Of a stretch of DNA of 64,000 bases, positions 30,939 through 41,748 are shown in pieces. How positions within the stretch are numbered: the first letter of the stretch is position 1; each line of letters begins with the position of its first letter. This DNA comes from a virus. The notes under the pieces were generated by a model, which saw nothing but the letters and a program-made list of their open reading frames with translations, ran no database searches and had not been told where the DNA came from. The stretch covers positions 9,788 to 73,787 of IMG/VR virus record IMGVR_UViG_2778260932_000003; one strand, 5' to 3'. Position numbers and translations under genes: made by a program.

Positions 30939-31361
30939 TTATTGTTGTTTATATGAAATGATGATGTATGACATACCCGATTTATTATCATCCACAGACT
31001 CAATATTTCCCCATAGGAAAAATAGTTTCTCTGATGAACCAAATAATGATTTTAATAAATCATCATTAATCAATTTGTTCCTCATCTGGTTTTCGTTGGT
31101 AAATACATTGATTTTATTCTCTTTTTCCTTATTAAATGGAAGTAATTTAATAAAATCAATAATCCCATCTTGGAAAACAACGTTGATAATATAATTTTTA
31201 TCTAAAAAGAGAATGTCATCTATTGAGTAGCTGACTCTACCTTCAAAGTCATACATTTTTTTAGGATTAAGATCTAATGTTAGGGTTAGAAAGTCATCCA
31301 ATGTAATTAATGGATTTATTATTATTCCATTTAGACTTATATCACCATTAAAATATATCAT
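30939..31361 (-). CDS. Cognate immunity protein of the Rhs toxin
   Basis: ATGA overlap with the Rhs stop; AT-rich, 140 aa. Confidence 0.75.
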   Translation of the reverse strand: MIYFNGDISLNGIIINPLITLDDFLTLTLDLNPKKMYDFEGRVSYSIDDILFLDKNYIINVVFQDGIIDFIKLLPFNKEKENKINVFTNENQMRNKLINDDLLKSLFGSSEKLFFLWGNIESVDDNKSGMSYIIISYKQQ

Positions 31362-34300
31362 TTTATCAATTTCACCGAGTATAAAGGTTCTAGAATTCCC
31401 TCATAATTTTTAATAACAATTTGAGGTAATCCTCCGGCTCCATGTTGAGGATTAGCCCTAACTATGCCAAATGCAGCTGGTGTATCTTCTAGAACTCGAT
31501 AAGCCGTCATACCGGGTCTATATCCAAATTGTGGATGAGGCATTACTTGTAAGCCTTTAAATACACCTTCTTGAGAAAATCCACTTCTTTCTATAGCACT
31601 AACTGTAGTATAAAAATTACCTTGTCCCGGAGCTCCAGCCATTAATATTGTATCTTTTTTTACCGTAATATCTTTAAAGCGATCAACACCGGGGTACTCT
31701 CCCTGCCCTTGCCAACTTCTAGCAAATTCTGATGGTGACTGAATAGATGCTGCTTTGACTTCAGATGTTGAAGATAATCCGTAAGGATCGACGAATTTCG
31801 AAGGATTGTGGACATATCCATATGGATTCACACCACCCGCTAAATTCAGGGGATCGGGCAATATATACTGCGCGGTCTCCGGTGAATAATAACGAAAACG
31901 GTTATAATATAACCCGCTCTCTTCGTCCTCAAATTGCCCCATGAACCTGAAATTGCACCTAACGTGGTAATCCGGGTCATTCGAGGCAATCACCTGCGAT
32001 TTCTCGGCTTTTCCCCATGTTGTCAGCCGCTGTGCCCAGACCAGTACCCCTTCCTCAGACAACATCTCGCGTGGTGTACCCTGATGGTCACTGACAATAT
32101 AGTGTAGCTTGCCTTTTTCAAAGCGGGCTGATGGTATTAATGATCCGGGTTCATATAGCCAACGGATACGCTGATCTTCCACTGGTGTGCCATCGGCGTA
32201 AATCGGCGTTTCTTCGATAAGCTGGTCGCCGCTCCACAGGTAATCCTGCCCCATGATGGCATCGGCTCTGGGTGTTAAATCCGGTTTGCCAGCCAGCCAC
32301 AACTGTAAATTAGCTGCGGCCAGTTTGCCATCGTGAACTTTCAGCTTACGGACTCGCCGCCCAAACGCATCGTAGCGATAATGCCAACGCGAGCCGTCGG
32401 GGGTTTCGCAGTGAGTCAGCTGGTTTTGAGTGTCCCAGCGGTAGCGCCAGATTTGCGGACGGAAGCCGTCACGGTGTTCGGTTTTTTCTACCAGACGGCC
32501 ATTGTCATCGTAAGCGTAGCGGATATCCCCTTGCTGTACCACTCGTCCGGCTTTCTGGTGCTGGGTAATTTGCTCCATCGCGCCATAGGCATCAACCGGC
32601 AGATGTTGGTTTAGATTGCCGTTGGCATCATAGCTAAATTGCTCTTCATGCGGACGCGTACCCTCGAACAGGGTATGAAGGATTTGGTCGTTGGCATTGT
32701 AATGGTAGCGGGTTTGTCCCCAGCGGCTGTCATCAATCACGCGCACATTGTGAGCACGGTCATATTGCCAGCTCCGGTTGATGGCAGAGGCTTGCGGAGG
32801 AAAATGTGGGTCATTTTGTGCCAGCGTTTCCCTGAAAAACTGGGTGGCCTGCCCCGCCGACTGATGTGCCAGCAAGCCAGTCGCGGTGTAGCGACTGGCA
32901 AGGATAAACCCGTTGGCGCTTTCCCGCACCGTTTCCCGTCCTAAAGCATCATGCTGGAAGGTTAGTGGTGAATGCTGGTTAAGCTGAAAGTGATTCAAAC
33001 TCCCCGACAGGTTATAACCGAAGTGCAGGGTATTGCCCTCCACACTTTCACTGACAGGACGCCCGGTCAGGTTATCCCATTGGCGGGTGATTTCCCGACC
33101 ATTGATACGCTCACAAGTCGGCAGGCCCGTGGTTTTGTCATACTCATACTCGACGATAGCATCCGCATTGGTGGCTTTAACCAGTTGATGCCGTTTGTTG
33201 TATTCGTAAGTAGTGGTGTCTTTTAGCACCAGTTGGTTTTCTTCTGGCTGCCAGCTTTCCTGTCGGACCAGTAGACCCGCAGCGGAATAGTGCCAGCGCA
33301 GTTGCTGGCCGTCAGGATATTGGGTCAGTGTACGGCGTCCCAGTTTATCGTACTGATACGCCAGTGTTCGCCCGGTAAAATCGGTTTCCCGGATAATCTG
33401 ACCTGCGACATCCCGCTCATAGCGGTAAGTTTCACCCGTGGAGGCAGTGACTGAATTCAGGCGGGTCAGACGGTCATAGCCAAAACGTAGGATGGTGCCA
33501 TCCGGTCGGGTAACCTGGTTGAGCAGATCAAAAGCGCCGTATTGATAGCGGGTTGTGCGGCCTTCCCCGTCAGTGACGGCTACCACACGCCGTTCACTGT
33601 CATATTTCAGTTGCTGGATAACACCATCCGGCAATTCAACTTCAGTCAGGCTGCCGTTAAGGCTGGCATGATCATCGCTATAGCGGTAGTGGGTCTGCTG
33701 TTTGAGCGCATCGGTGAATTGACGCAAACGCCCCAGTGCATCCAGTTGCAGGCCGGTAGTTTCGCCATCCGGTGTCATCACGGCGGCCAGCCGTTGTTTC
33801 TCGTCATAGGCATAGTGCCATTGGCGGCCATCCGGTAACAGACGCTGGCGCAATTCGCCATGCGTGCCGTACTGGTATTCTTCCTGATGACCAAGTGGGT
33901 TGGTCAGTGCAGTCAGGTTGCCCTGCTCATCATAGTGAAATTGCCAACGTTCGCCGGTCGGCAGCACACTTTCGATAAGCTGTCCATGCTCGTTATAACC
34001 GTAAGCAAAGGTATCGCCGGTTGGCAATTTCACTTCGGTCAATGCACCGTCAGGGTTGTAATCAAAGGCAGTCATCTGCCCCATCGGGTTGCTTTCCCAC
34101 ATCAGCAGGCTGTGACGCCACTGACGGCGGGTAATGCGCCCCAGTGGATCAACTTCCCGTATCACCAATCCGTTCGGGTCGTAGTGGTAGTGGGTTTCAC
34201 CCCCTTCGCCATCCAGATAGGTGGTAATGCGGGCGTTGTCATCATAGCGGAAACGGTCATGCCAGTAGCCGCTGGGAGAGGTGGTGCTGAGTACCCGACC

Positions 34301-35905
34301 GCGCTCGTCATAGGTTATCGTCAGGTCAGTCTGGTCGGTATCATGCCAGCGGATCATCCGCCCCTGCACATCATATTCATGCCACAGGTGGTTGTGCTGG
34401 AAAGCATCACACTCGTTCAGATAGCCCTGTGAATCATATTGACAGGTCAACAGACATTGCTCAGCAGGCTGACCTTCGCGGTTTTCCTGCATCGTGATCG
34501 TGTTAAGCCGGCCGTCCAGATAATGCAGGCTTAACCGCAGGCCGTCATTGCGAGTGACTGCCGTCAGTTGCGACTGCTTATCGTAGATAAAATCAATCCG
34601 GTTCTGACGCCGGTCAGTGATAGCAGACAATTTTCGTGTGTTGCCTGAAATCGGGCTGAAATGGTACGTCAACTGGGCGCGGCGGTCGGTCAGGCACAGT
34701 TCGCCGGTCAGTTCTCCCGTCAGCAGGCAATGGGGAAGATTACGGTTACGGGACAAGACCCGGTTATCCGGTGTGGCATAGTCGTAGATAACGCCATCGG
34801 TATGGGTATAGTGCACTTCCCCCTGACTGATAACCAGTTTCAGTGACCAGTCATCCGCCCATTTGGCACCAAACAAACCGTGTAAATCCGCCGTGGAGCG
34901 GTAGGTTCGGCTGAGGTTTATTGGCAACAATCCCGGGATGGCTAGTACCGGCCAGACTTGCAGGAAGTCGCCGGTGGCCATATCGACCGGATCGCCCTCT
35001 GTACTGGACAGTTCGTTGTCATTGCCCTTTTTTTTGCCGGATGAGGTGGCGTTATCGACAGGCTTTTCTGTTGTGGGTTTGACTTCCGTTTTCGGGGATG
35101 TCGCGGGTCTTTCTTTGACTATGCCACCCGCGGCAGAGGGGGCAGGTTTGGCATTTTTAGTCGCCTGCATCCCAGCTTTTGCAATTTCCTCTGCTTTACG
35201 GATTTGTGCCGCTAGTGCACTGGCTTCTGTGGGTGCTTTAGTCGCTGGGCCTGCAGCCCCCATGCCTTTTACCGGGGTGAATAACATGGCAATTTCAGCG
35301 GTTGTGCCGCCAATACGTTGTCCGGGTGTGTCCAGTGTCATCTTGTACTCGTCAAGATTAAACTGTTTGGCATTCGTGCGGCCGGCATCGGCGACTTCGC
35401 CTATCACTTTAGCCTGTTTTTCGGTGTCAGGGTTGCCAAATACTTTCCCCCAGAAAGCTAACGAACGGGCCGATTCGTCCGCTTCACGAGCTGAGTTCAG
35501 CATTCCGCCCTTAATGGCCATTTCGCCCAGCCCCACGGCGGTATTACTGACGGTTTTGGCAATGCCTTTCTGCTGTTCAATCGGATTCCATCCGCTTACG
35601 GTTGACAGGTCTTGTTTTGTTTCTTTGGCTTTGTCTACGGCAGCGTTTCCTAACGCTTTTCCCATCGTTTTCAGCGCTTCCCATGCACTAATTTCGGGTT
35701 TGCTTTCCGGTATCACCACCGGATTCGCCTCATGGGGCGGACTCGCCCCCTGCGGTGCCTGACCGATGATTTTACCCAGCGTGTTGCCCTCACCAGTTGG
35801 GCTGTCACTGCGTGGTTTTGATGGTAAGGCCGTATTGGGTTGTGGAGGAATGTGTTCGCCCGTTTCTGACGAGACGTCCTCTCGGTTAGATTTATCTTCT
35901 GACAT
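31358..35905 (-). CDS. rhs: T6SS Rhs effector (DUF6531-like + YD repeats + RHS core + C-terminal toxin)
   Basis: GDPVDMATGDF, many YD repeats, FMGQFEDEESGLYYNRFRYY, PDPLNLAGGVNPYGYVHNP...DPYGL cleavage motif, then an AT-rich ~135-aa CT. Confidence 0.95.
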   Translation of the reverse strand: MSEDKSNREDVSSETGEHIPPQPNTALPSKPRSDSPTGEGNTLGKIIGQAPQGASPPHEANPVVIPESKPEISAWEALKTMGKALGNAAVDKAKETKQDLSTVSGWNPIEQQKGIAKTVSNTAVGLGEMAIKGGMLNSAREADESARSLAFWGKVFGNPDTEKQAKVIGEVADAGRTNAKQFNLDEYKMTLDTPGQRIGGTTAEIAMLFTPVKGMGAAGPATKAPTEASALAAQIRKAEEIAKAGMQATKNAKPAPSAAGGIVKERPATSPKTEVKPTTEKPVDNATSSGKKKGNDNELSSTEGDPVDMATGDFLQVWPVLAIPGLLPINLSRTYRSTADLHGLFGAKWADDWSLKLVISQGEVHYTHTDGVIYDYATPDNRVLSRNRNLPHCLLTGELTGELCLTDRRAQLTYHFSPISGNTRKLSAITDRRQNRIDFIYDKQSQLTAVTRNDGLRLSLHYLDGRLNTITMQENREGQPAEQCLLTCQYDSQGYLNECDAFQHNHLWHEYDVQGRMIRWHDTDQTDLTITYDERGRVLSTTSPSGYWHDRFRYDDNARITTYLDGEGGETHYHYDPNGLVIREVDPLGRITRRQWRHSLLMWESNPMGQMTAFDYNPDGALTEVKLPTGDTFAYGYNEHGQLIESVLPTGERWQFHYDEQGNLTALTNPLGHQEEYQYGTHGELRQRLLPDGRQWHYAYDEKQRLAAVMTPDGETTGLQLDALGRLRQFTDALKQQTHYRYSDDHASLNGSLTEVELPDGVIQQLKYDSERRVVAVTDGEGRTTRYQYGAFDLLNQVTRPDGTILRFGYDRLTRLNSVTASTGETYRYERDVAGQIIRETDFTGRTLAYQYDKLGRRTLTQYPDGQQLRWHYSAAGLLVRQESWQPEENQLVLKDTTTYEYNKRHQLVKATNADAIVEYEYDKTTGLPTCERINGREITRQWDNLTGRPVSESVEGNTLHFGYNLSGSLNHFQLNQHSPLTFQHDALGRETVRESANGFILASRYTATGLLAHQSAGQATQFFRETLAQNDPHFPPQASAINRSWQYDRAHNVRVIDDSRWGQTRYHYNANDQILHTLFEGTRPHEEQFSYDANGNLNQHLPVDAYGAMEQITQHQKAGRVVQQGDIRYAYDDNGRLVEKTEHRDGFRPQIWRYRWDTQNQLTHCETPDGSRWHYRYDAFGRRVRKLKVHDGKLAAANLQLWLAGKPDLTPRADAIMGQDYLWSGDQLIEETPIYADGTPVEDQRIRWLYEPGSLIPSARFEKGKLHYIVSDHQGTPREMLSEEGVLVWAQRLTTWGKAEKSQVIASNDPDYHVRCNFRFMGQFEDEESGLYYNRFRYYSPETAQYILPDPLNLAGGVNPYGYVHNPSKFVDPYGLSSTSEVKAASIQSPSEFARSWQGQGEYPGVDRFKDITVKKDTILMAGAPGQGNFYTTVSAIERSGFSQEGVFKGLQVMPHPQFGYRPGMTAYRVLEDTPAAFGIVRANPQHGAGGLPQIVIKNYEGILEPLYSVKLIK

Positions 35906-35916
35906 GGTTTCCTTCC

Positions 35917-36273
35917 TTATGCTCCATTCATCCAGAATTCATCCCCGTGGCGCAGTACCAGTTTATTGCCGGCCCGGACGGTTTTTGTATGCGCTTTGGG
36001 ATGGCATTTCGCCCCCACCGTGCCACTCTTAATCCCGTTGGCCACGCCCGGCTGGTCGCCGAGAGTTGTCGGCACAAAGCTCTGGGCAAATACCACTACG
36101 GGTTGGCCATTGGCGCGTACCGATTTCACGGGGGCGTCACTGCCTGCCAGTTTCGCAATGACCGGATACGGGATCGGCGGTGTTGACGCGCCCATCGGGG
36201 TTTTGCACACGTCGGGCAACATGCCAATGATCAGCCATTCACCTGCGGTGCGGGCGATGTAATTATCAGCCAT
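35917..36273 (-). CDS. PAAR-like (DUF4150) spike-tip protein
   Basis: PDVCKTP....PIPYP...GDQPG...GIKSGT...TVRAGNKLVLRHGD.FWMN; start MADNY at 36273. Confidence 0.85.
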   Translation of the reverse strand: MADNYIARTAGEWLIIGMLPDVCKTPMGASTPPIPYPVIAKLAGSDAPVKSVRANGQPVVVFAQSFVPTTLGDQPGVANGIKSGTVGAKCHPKAHTKTVRAGNKLVLRHGDEFWMNGA

Positions 36274-37483
36274 CCGTTTTCTCCTCTTCCAGTGGTGCCA
36301 GATTGAGCAAGGGGGCATCCGGGTTGATTTCAAACCGGGTTTCAGCCACTCGCACGGGCAGTGAGGCTTTGAAACTCAGTCGGCAGGTCATGTGCAGCGT
36401 CCTTGCCTCGCTGTTGATAATTAACGTATCCATACGCATCGGCACGGGCAGTAATATGCCGTTGTGCATTCGCAGCAGAACAAACGGACGGTGTCCCGGC
36501 AGATTGACGTGCAGTTCACCATCAGGCGTCAGGCCGCTTAACGTGATGGCAATATCCGTGTCCGGCCAGTCAATTTGCTGGTCTGTTGGTGCGCCGTTCC
36601 AGTAGCCAAAGTCAAAATCTTTTGGCAGGTAAGGATGTCGATGTGCCAGCCAGTCGGCATCGTAAGTGCCGGCCAGCTGGCGGCGGGGCAGCCACGGACG
36701 GCCGATAAAGCCCATGCCCTGCGGCTGGCAGGCCGGCGTATCAGGCGCCAACGTACCACTCAATTGAGCGGTAAAATGCTGCACGGTGAACGGGGCATCC
36801 GGTCGGGTAATACGGGGTGCAGGGTAACGGGTAAGTTGTTTGGCCTGCGCATACCACGGCGTGATAAATCCCATACCCAGCGGATTGGTTTCACAGACGG
36901 CGTGAGCAACCGGCGCTTTTTCTCCGTCAGGGTGTTGCTGGCGCTGTTCCGATGTCAGCCGATCGCTTTCCTTAAGCTGTGCAACTGTTTTATCATCCGC
37001 CTGAATTTTGCATTCGCCCCCAAAGGCGTAGCGATAATCCAGCGGCAGTGTTGAAAACGGTTTCGGGTCGGTCAGTTGCCACTGACCGCCAGCATCACGA
37101 ATAAATTCCCGTTCACCGGTTACGGTCAGGGTTTTGTCGAGCAGGGTCTGACCCTGCTTGCTCTTAATCTGCAACTGAACAGGAAATGCAGTGCAAGGCC
37201 GGTTATCTGGCGCATAAGCCGTACCGTTGACAATCACGTCACAGCGCGGTTTAAACGGGGCAAGGTCACTTTCCTGCAACACCTGTGAGGCATTCATCAG
37301 CCCACGGTATTCATCCTGTAAACACAGCGGTGGTGCGGGAAGAAGTTCAGCACTGTATTCTCCCTGTCCGGCAGGCAGGAGCTGGTAGCCGATTTTCATC
37401 ACGGCTACGTGGTGCTCCACATCTTCCACATCCAGCATGGAATAGTTCATCACCGCAAAGGGGGTCAGGTTACGAAATTCCAT
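36266..37483 (-). CDS. DUF2169 T6SS effector adaptor
   Basis: ESDLAPFKPRCDVIVNGTAYAP, YRYAFGG, GFIGRPWLPR...AGTYD..W, YWNGAPTDQQ. Confidence 0.9.
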   Translation of the reverse strand: MEFRNLTPFAVMNYSMLDVEDVEHHVAVMKIGYQLLPAGQGEYSAELLPAPPLCLQDEYRGLMNASQVLQESDLAPFKPRCDVIVNGTAYAPDNRPCTAFPVQLQIKSKQGQTLLDKTLTVTGEREFIRDAGGQWQLTDPKPFSTLPLDYRYAFGGECKIQADDKTVAQLKESDRLTSEQRQQHPDGEKAPVAHAVCETNPLGMGFITPWYAQAKQLTRYPAPRITRPDAPFTVQHFTAQLSGTLAPDTPACQPQGMGFIGRPWLPRRQLAGTYDADWLAHRHPYLPKDFDFGYWNGAPTDQQIDWPDTDIAITLSGLTPDGELHVNLPGHRPFVLLRMHNGILLPVPMRMDTLIINSEARTLHMTCRLSFKASLPVRVAETRFEINPDAPLLNLAPLEEEKTDG

Positions 37484-37498
37484 CTCAGTTTGTCCTCC

Positions 37499-39652
37499 TT
37501 AGTTCAGGTCGATGTCTTTACCTGTGATTTGCACCGGACCACTGGCCTCAAACTTGAACTCACTGCCCTTAAGGGTGATTTTTCCGCTGCTGTCCATGCG
37601 CAGGACACTTGCACCACATTTCAGCTCAATCACATCACCGGTCGTGATGGAAAGGGTATGGGTGATGGTTTCTGCCTTGTGCGCCCCGACCTCGATAATG
37701 TAGTTTTTGCCGGTGATCAGTTTGCGCACTTCTTTCACCGTTTCCGTGCTGTTGAGCGTGACCGTTTCCTCTTTGTTCTCATAGATTTTGATGGTTTGGT
37801 TTTTCTCCACAGTCTCGGTGTGGTTGGCGATCACATGGGTATCGCGGTTGTTGAGCACCTTGGTGTACATGTCTTTCTGCGCGTGCAGTGACAGCAGTTC
37901 GCTGCCCTTGGCATCTTCAAACAACAGTTCGTTATAACCCTGTCCCTTATGCGTTTTGGAGCGGAACGCCATCTGGGTTTTAGTACCCGGCAAAGCCCCC
38001 GGCGGGATATTGCTGGCATGGTAAGTCCGTCCGGTCACTATTGGTTGGTCAGGATCGCCGTGCAGAAAATCCACCACCACTTCCTGCCCGATACGGGGGA
38101 TGGCCAGCATTCCCCAGCCCTGACCGGCCCAAGGCTGACTGACCCGTATCCAGCAGGAGCTTTGGTCATCGCTCTTACCGTATCGGTCCCACGGGAATTG
38201 CAGACGTACACGTCCATACTGGTCACAGAAGATTTCTTCGCCGGCCGGGCCGACCACCTTAGCAATTTGTGGGCCATCCATCACCGGTTTGGGCAGCGGT
38301 GCCGGACGCCAGTTCTGGTTCTGGCGGATAAAGTAGAAGTGACTGTGCAGCGTGGTGCCTGCGCCGCCGGTTGCTGTCTCCAGAGCACCCGGCTGGCTGC
38401 CGCTGTGGCTGGTGGATACGGTTTGCCATGACTGATTCAGGTCTATCCGGGGATGGTTGCCAAGGATAAACAGTTTGCCCGGTTGCAGGGCTATCGCATT
38501 GCCGCTGCCCTGTCCCATGACGGCATCGCTGCGCAATGCTTCCAGCCGGTAGCGGGTAAAATCTTTGCCATGGGCTTCGTCTTTGAAACGACCGGGGTAG
38601 TCGTAGTGCTCGTAGTACAGTTGTTGCAGGTTTTCATCCCGCATCTGCTGGTGGAATTCTGCCGGCCACGCGGGGTTCTTGAAGGTGTAATCTTTCAGCT
38701 GCACCTGCGCGGGTCGCACCTGTGCGCTGTAGGTCAGGCTGCTGATGGCAGGTTCACCCAGAGTGCTGGCTTCTCCGGGCTGATAAGGGATCATCATGCC
38801 CGGCGGCACAGAACCGCAGTCGTCGGCAAAGACCAGCGTGTTGCGTCCGTTACTGCATTCGAAGAAGTAGAAAATGCCTTCTTCTGCTGTTAACCGTTGC
38901 AGGAAAGCAAAGTCACTTTCCTGATACTGCACGCAGAATTCCCGTGCCGGATGAGGATGGCGCAGGCTGAAGATTACATCACGGATATTGTGCTCTTTCA
39001 GAATGGTCGTAATGATGTTGGCGATATCCTGCTGCTGGAAAATGCGCGAGTTCTGTCTCAGGGTAGTGCGCCACAGGTCAGGCCGGATAATCATCTGGTA
39101 AGTGGTCTGGTGCAATCCGGTGTTACCCTGCTCAAAGCGGGCAACAATCCCCGTGATGCTGCGTTGTTCGATACCGTTTTGCAGAATGGTCAGCGTAGCG
39201 GTGCGATCCAGTACGGCTGGAAAGTCGATAGCCGGGTCGGCACTCGCCAGTCCCACACTCAGGCTGAACGGCTGGGAAAAACTTTCGTTCAGGGTGAAAT
39301 CAGTCACCACAAACGTCTGCGGCAGTAAGCCACCTGCGGTCAGGGTAAATTGCAGGCCACTCGGGTCACGCCCGCCCATCAGCATCTGGCCGACTTTTTC
39401 CAGCGCTTTGGTGGCTGAATTCTGTCCCCCGGCTGAGCGTTCTGCCAGCCCCTTTCCACCGGTAAAACCGCCACCCGGGATTAAGCCCGCCGTGCCTGAC
39501 ATACTGCTGCCTATCCCGCCGGCATAACCGCCACCCGGAATTAAACCTGCTGCGCCTGACATTCCGCCGCCTAATTTACCGGCAACCTGTTTTACTTTCT
39601 GAACAGTCTCTTTCCCTTGCTTCAATTTATTGATGTTCTTCTTTATTGACAT
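37499..39652 (-). CDS. vgrG: VgrG (TssI) spike protein with Gly-rich N-terminal extension
   Basis: NSRIFQQ, REFCVQYQESD, EHYDYPGRF, GPQIAKVVGP.GEEI.CDQYGRV, IPRIGQEVVVDFLHGDPDQP. Confidence 0.95.
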   Translation of the reverse strand: MSIKKNINKLKQGKETVQKVKQVAGKLGGGMSGAAGLIPGGGYAGGIGSSMSGTAGLIPGGGFTGGKGLAERSAGGQNSATKALEKVGQMLMGGRDPSGLQFTLTAGGLLPQTFVVTDFTLNESFSQPFSLSVGLASADPAIDFPAVLDRTATLTILQNGIEQRSITGIVARFEQGNTGLHQTTYQMIIRPDLWRTTLRQNSRIFQQQDIANIITTILKEHNIRDVIFSLRHPHPAREFCVQYQESDFAFLQRLTAEEGIFYFFECSNGRNTLVFADDCGSVPPGMMIPYQPGEASTLGEPAISSLTYSAQVRPAQVQLKDYTFKNPAWPAEFHQQMRDENLQQLYYEHYDYPGRFKDEAHGKDFTRYRLEALRSDAVMGQGSGNAIALQPGKLFILGNHPRIDLNQSWQTVSTSHSGSQPGALETATGGAGTTLHSHFYFIRQNQNWRPAPLPKPVMDGPQIAKVVGPAGEEIFCDQYGRVRLQFPWDRYGKSDDQSSCWIRVSQPWAGQGWGMLAIPRIGQEVVVDFLHGDPDQPIVTGRTYHASNIPPGALPGTKTQMAFRSKTHKGQGYNELLFEDAKGSELLSLHAQKDMYTKVLNNRDTHVIANHTETVEKNQTIKIYENKEETVTLNSTETVKEVRKLITGKNYIIEVGAHKAETITHTLSITTGDVIELKCGASVLRMDSSGKITLKGSEFKFEASGPVQITGKDIDLN

Positions 39653-40340
39653 AGTGTGTCTCCCTGAGGTGATGGAACGTTATGTGATAGGCATCCCACC
39701 TGATAGCAACGCAGGCCATAACATTCGGGTACAAGATTTAAATCTAACTCACATGGTCTCCGACAAATGGGTTAATTCAGGACGCAATATATTGTTTTTC
39801 GATAATTTGAAAGGACGCTGTGTCCGAATATATCGGCGGATTTGTGATAAATAAAATAGGGGAGATAATAAATAACGAAGGCGTACAAACCAAATTAAAT
39901 CAAGTGAAATAAAAAAGGTCATCCGACAATCACAGTGTGAAAAGTTAAAATGTTTGCCGTTGAAAAATAATATTCTTAGGTGGCGCATGTGGTTAGTGTA
40001 TTTGACCACTTAACGTTTATCCATAAATGGTGCTTTTTTACGTAACGTGATGAGATAAAAATAGAAAAACAGAGAATGGCTTTGAAAAAATCATGATCAT
40101 TTTTATTTTATGAGTTTGATCACAAAAAAGATAATTTTTAATAATGATATTTTTAATTTTTCTGATAAAAAGCGTAACAAGGAATGATATCTTTGTGTTG
40201 GATATATAAATTATAGCTATTAATTCAAATGAAAGTAAATATTGGATGAGTTAAATGTCAAATGGAAATAGACAAATTAATATTTGGCGTATTTAGCAAT
40301 ACAAAGATTAAATCTAATCAAAATAACTCAACGTTGTTAG

Positions 40341-40370
40341 ACAACTGCCCGTATTTTAAAAGGCAGTTGT
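40341..40370. terminator. Hairpin terminator downstream of the integrase
   Basis: ACAACTGCC...GGCAGTTGT immediately after the integrase stop. Confidence 0.6.
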
Positions 40371-40375
40371 TTGCC

Positions 40376-41594
40376 TTATAGTGATAATAATTTACTTTCC
40401 CATTGCGTTATAATTTCTCTCTTTTCTTTCAGATAATCGTAGCGATCGTAGTGTTTAGTTGAGACACCGGGTTTTTTATGGTTTTGCAATCTATCTCTCA
40501 TCTCAGAACTGATCCCCATCTCTCCTGCAAGGGTCTTAAAGGTTCGTCTGATATCCCTTGGTGTAAACTTCTCAAAATCATAGCGAGCGCAAAATTTTTG
40601 GATCTGTTTGGCATATTCAGCTGTGAGTAAATGGCCTTCTTTAGTATTTCCGGGAAATAGGAATTCTGAGTCTGGATATTGTTTGGCCTGGTATTCTAAT
40701 ATTTCAGTTGCAGATTCACACAAGGGAATGACGTGGTAATCACCGTTTTTTGAAATATGAGGCGGCACTGTCAGCGTGTTATTCTTTTTATCCCAGTTAT
40801 CTTTTGTATTGGTCATTATTTCCCAGGGGCGTTGTCCAGCGGTGAAAATGCAAAGCAATATTAACCGGCCATAATCCGGGTGAATTGGGAATACTGTCGA
40901 CGAAATACGGAATAGTTTTAGAATTTCTTTCATTTCATCCCATGATAAAAATCTATCCAACGCTTTATCTGCCCCTTCTTGGCGTGGAACGATAGTCACG
41001 GGGTTTCGGTCAAGACCATAAATAACTTTCTCGTTCAGTTTGGCTGGATCATTGTCCGCGAATAAACCGAAGTTAAATACAACATGGAGATTGGCACGCA
41101 CCTTGTTTGAGCCGGCAACAGCACCACGTGAGATAAATTCAGCCAATACTCTTTTAATGTGGTCTGGGATAATATCTTTTGCGGGCGTATTTCTATCAAT
41201 GTGCTGGCTATCTAATACCTGATTCAGTCTGTATTGAGTTTTATCATAAGATCTCTTGCCACGGCGTTTCTGGTCGGCAATATAGTCACTGAATAGCTGT
41301 TCAATTGTGGCGTGATTTATGATGGTTTTTTCTGGAGCTGAAACATTAACGGCAGCATCTCGTGATTTAGATAATGCTTCTGCCAAAGAAAGAACAGGAA
41401 AGTCACCTAGGTTAATGAACTTCTCTTTCCCATCCTTAAAATAACGATAAACAAAAACCTTTCTCCCCGATGGGTATGTTTTGACACCCAGCCTGCCAGT
41501 TCCTCGTGTTGCTGATGCTTGCCATGTATAATAGGCTGAGTTTTTTTGGTTTTAAGCCTCGAATTTTACTGTCAGTCAATAAGGTGCTAGCCAT
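40376..41594 (-). CDS. Tyrosine recombinase/integrase with arm-binding domain; +1 frameshift in T7 at 41541-41547
   Basis: Start MASTLLTDSKIRGLKP at 41594; removing one base joins ..KNSAYYTW..GRLGVKTYPSGRKVF..YRY to the 41386 ORF. Catalytic GQRPWE, PRDIRRT, LQNH, HYDRY. Confidence 0.85.
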
Positions 41595-41637
41595 TGGAAA
41601 TATCCTTCATAACAGGTCAAGTAGCGGGTCAAGTTAT

Positions 41638-41740
41638 GATGAAATGATATGCAACTATATGAAACTGCGCAACCCATAAAATCCATTTAAATCAAAGTGA
41701 TGAAACCTTATGAAATTATAAGAAATCGTGTGAAATCAAT
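41638..41740. promoter_or_regulatory. Putative integrase arm-type binding repeats (TGAAA[CT])
   Basis: Several ATGAAAT/ATGAAAC/GTGAAAT copies just inside the att core. Confidence 0.4.
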
Positions 41741-41748
41741 TGTTTTTG

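Noticed and set aside
32333-39527. Plus-strand ORFs up to 274 aa opposite rhs, DUF2169 and vgrG
   Set aside because: Antisense shadow ORFs without RBS or recognisable domains.
40109-40124. CRP-like site TATGA-N6-TCACA upstream of vgrG
   Set aside because: One mismatch in very AT-rich DNA about 460 bp from the start; could be chance.
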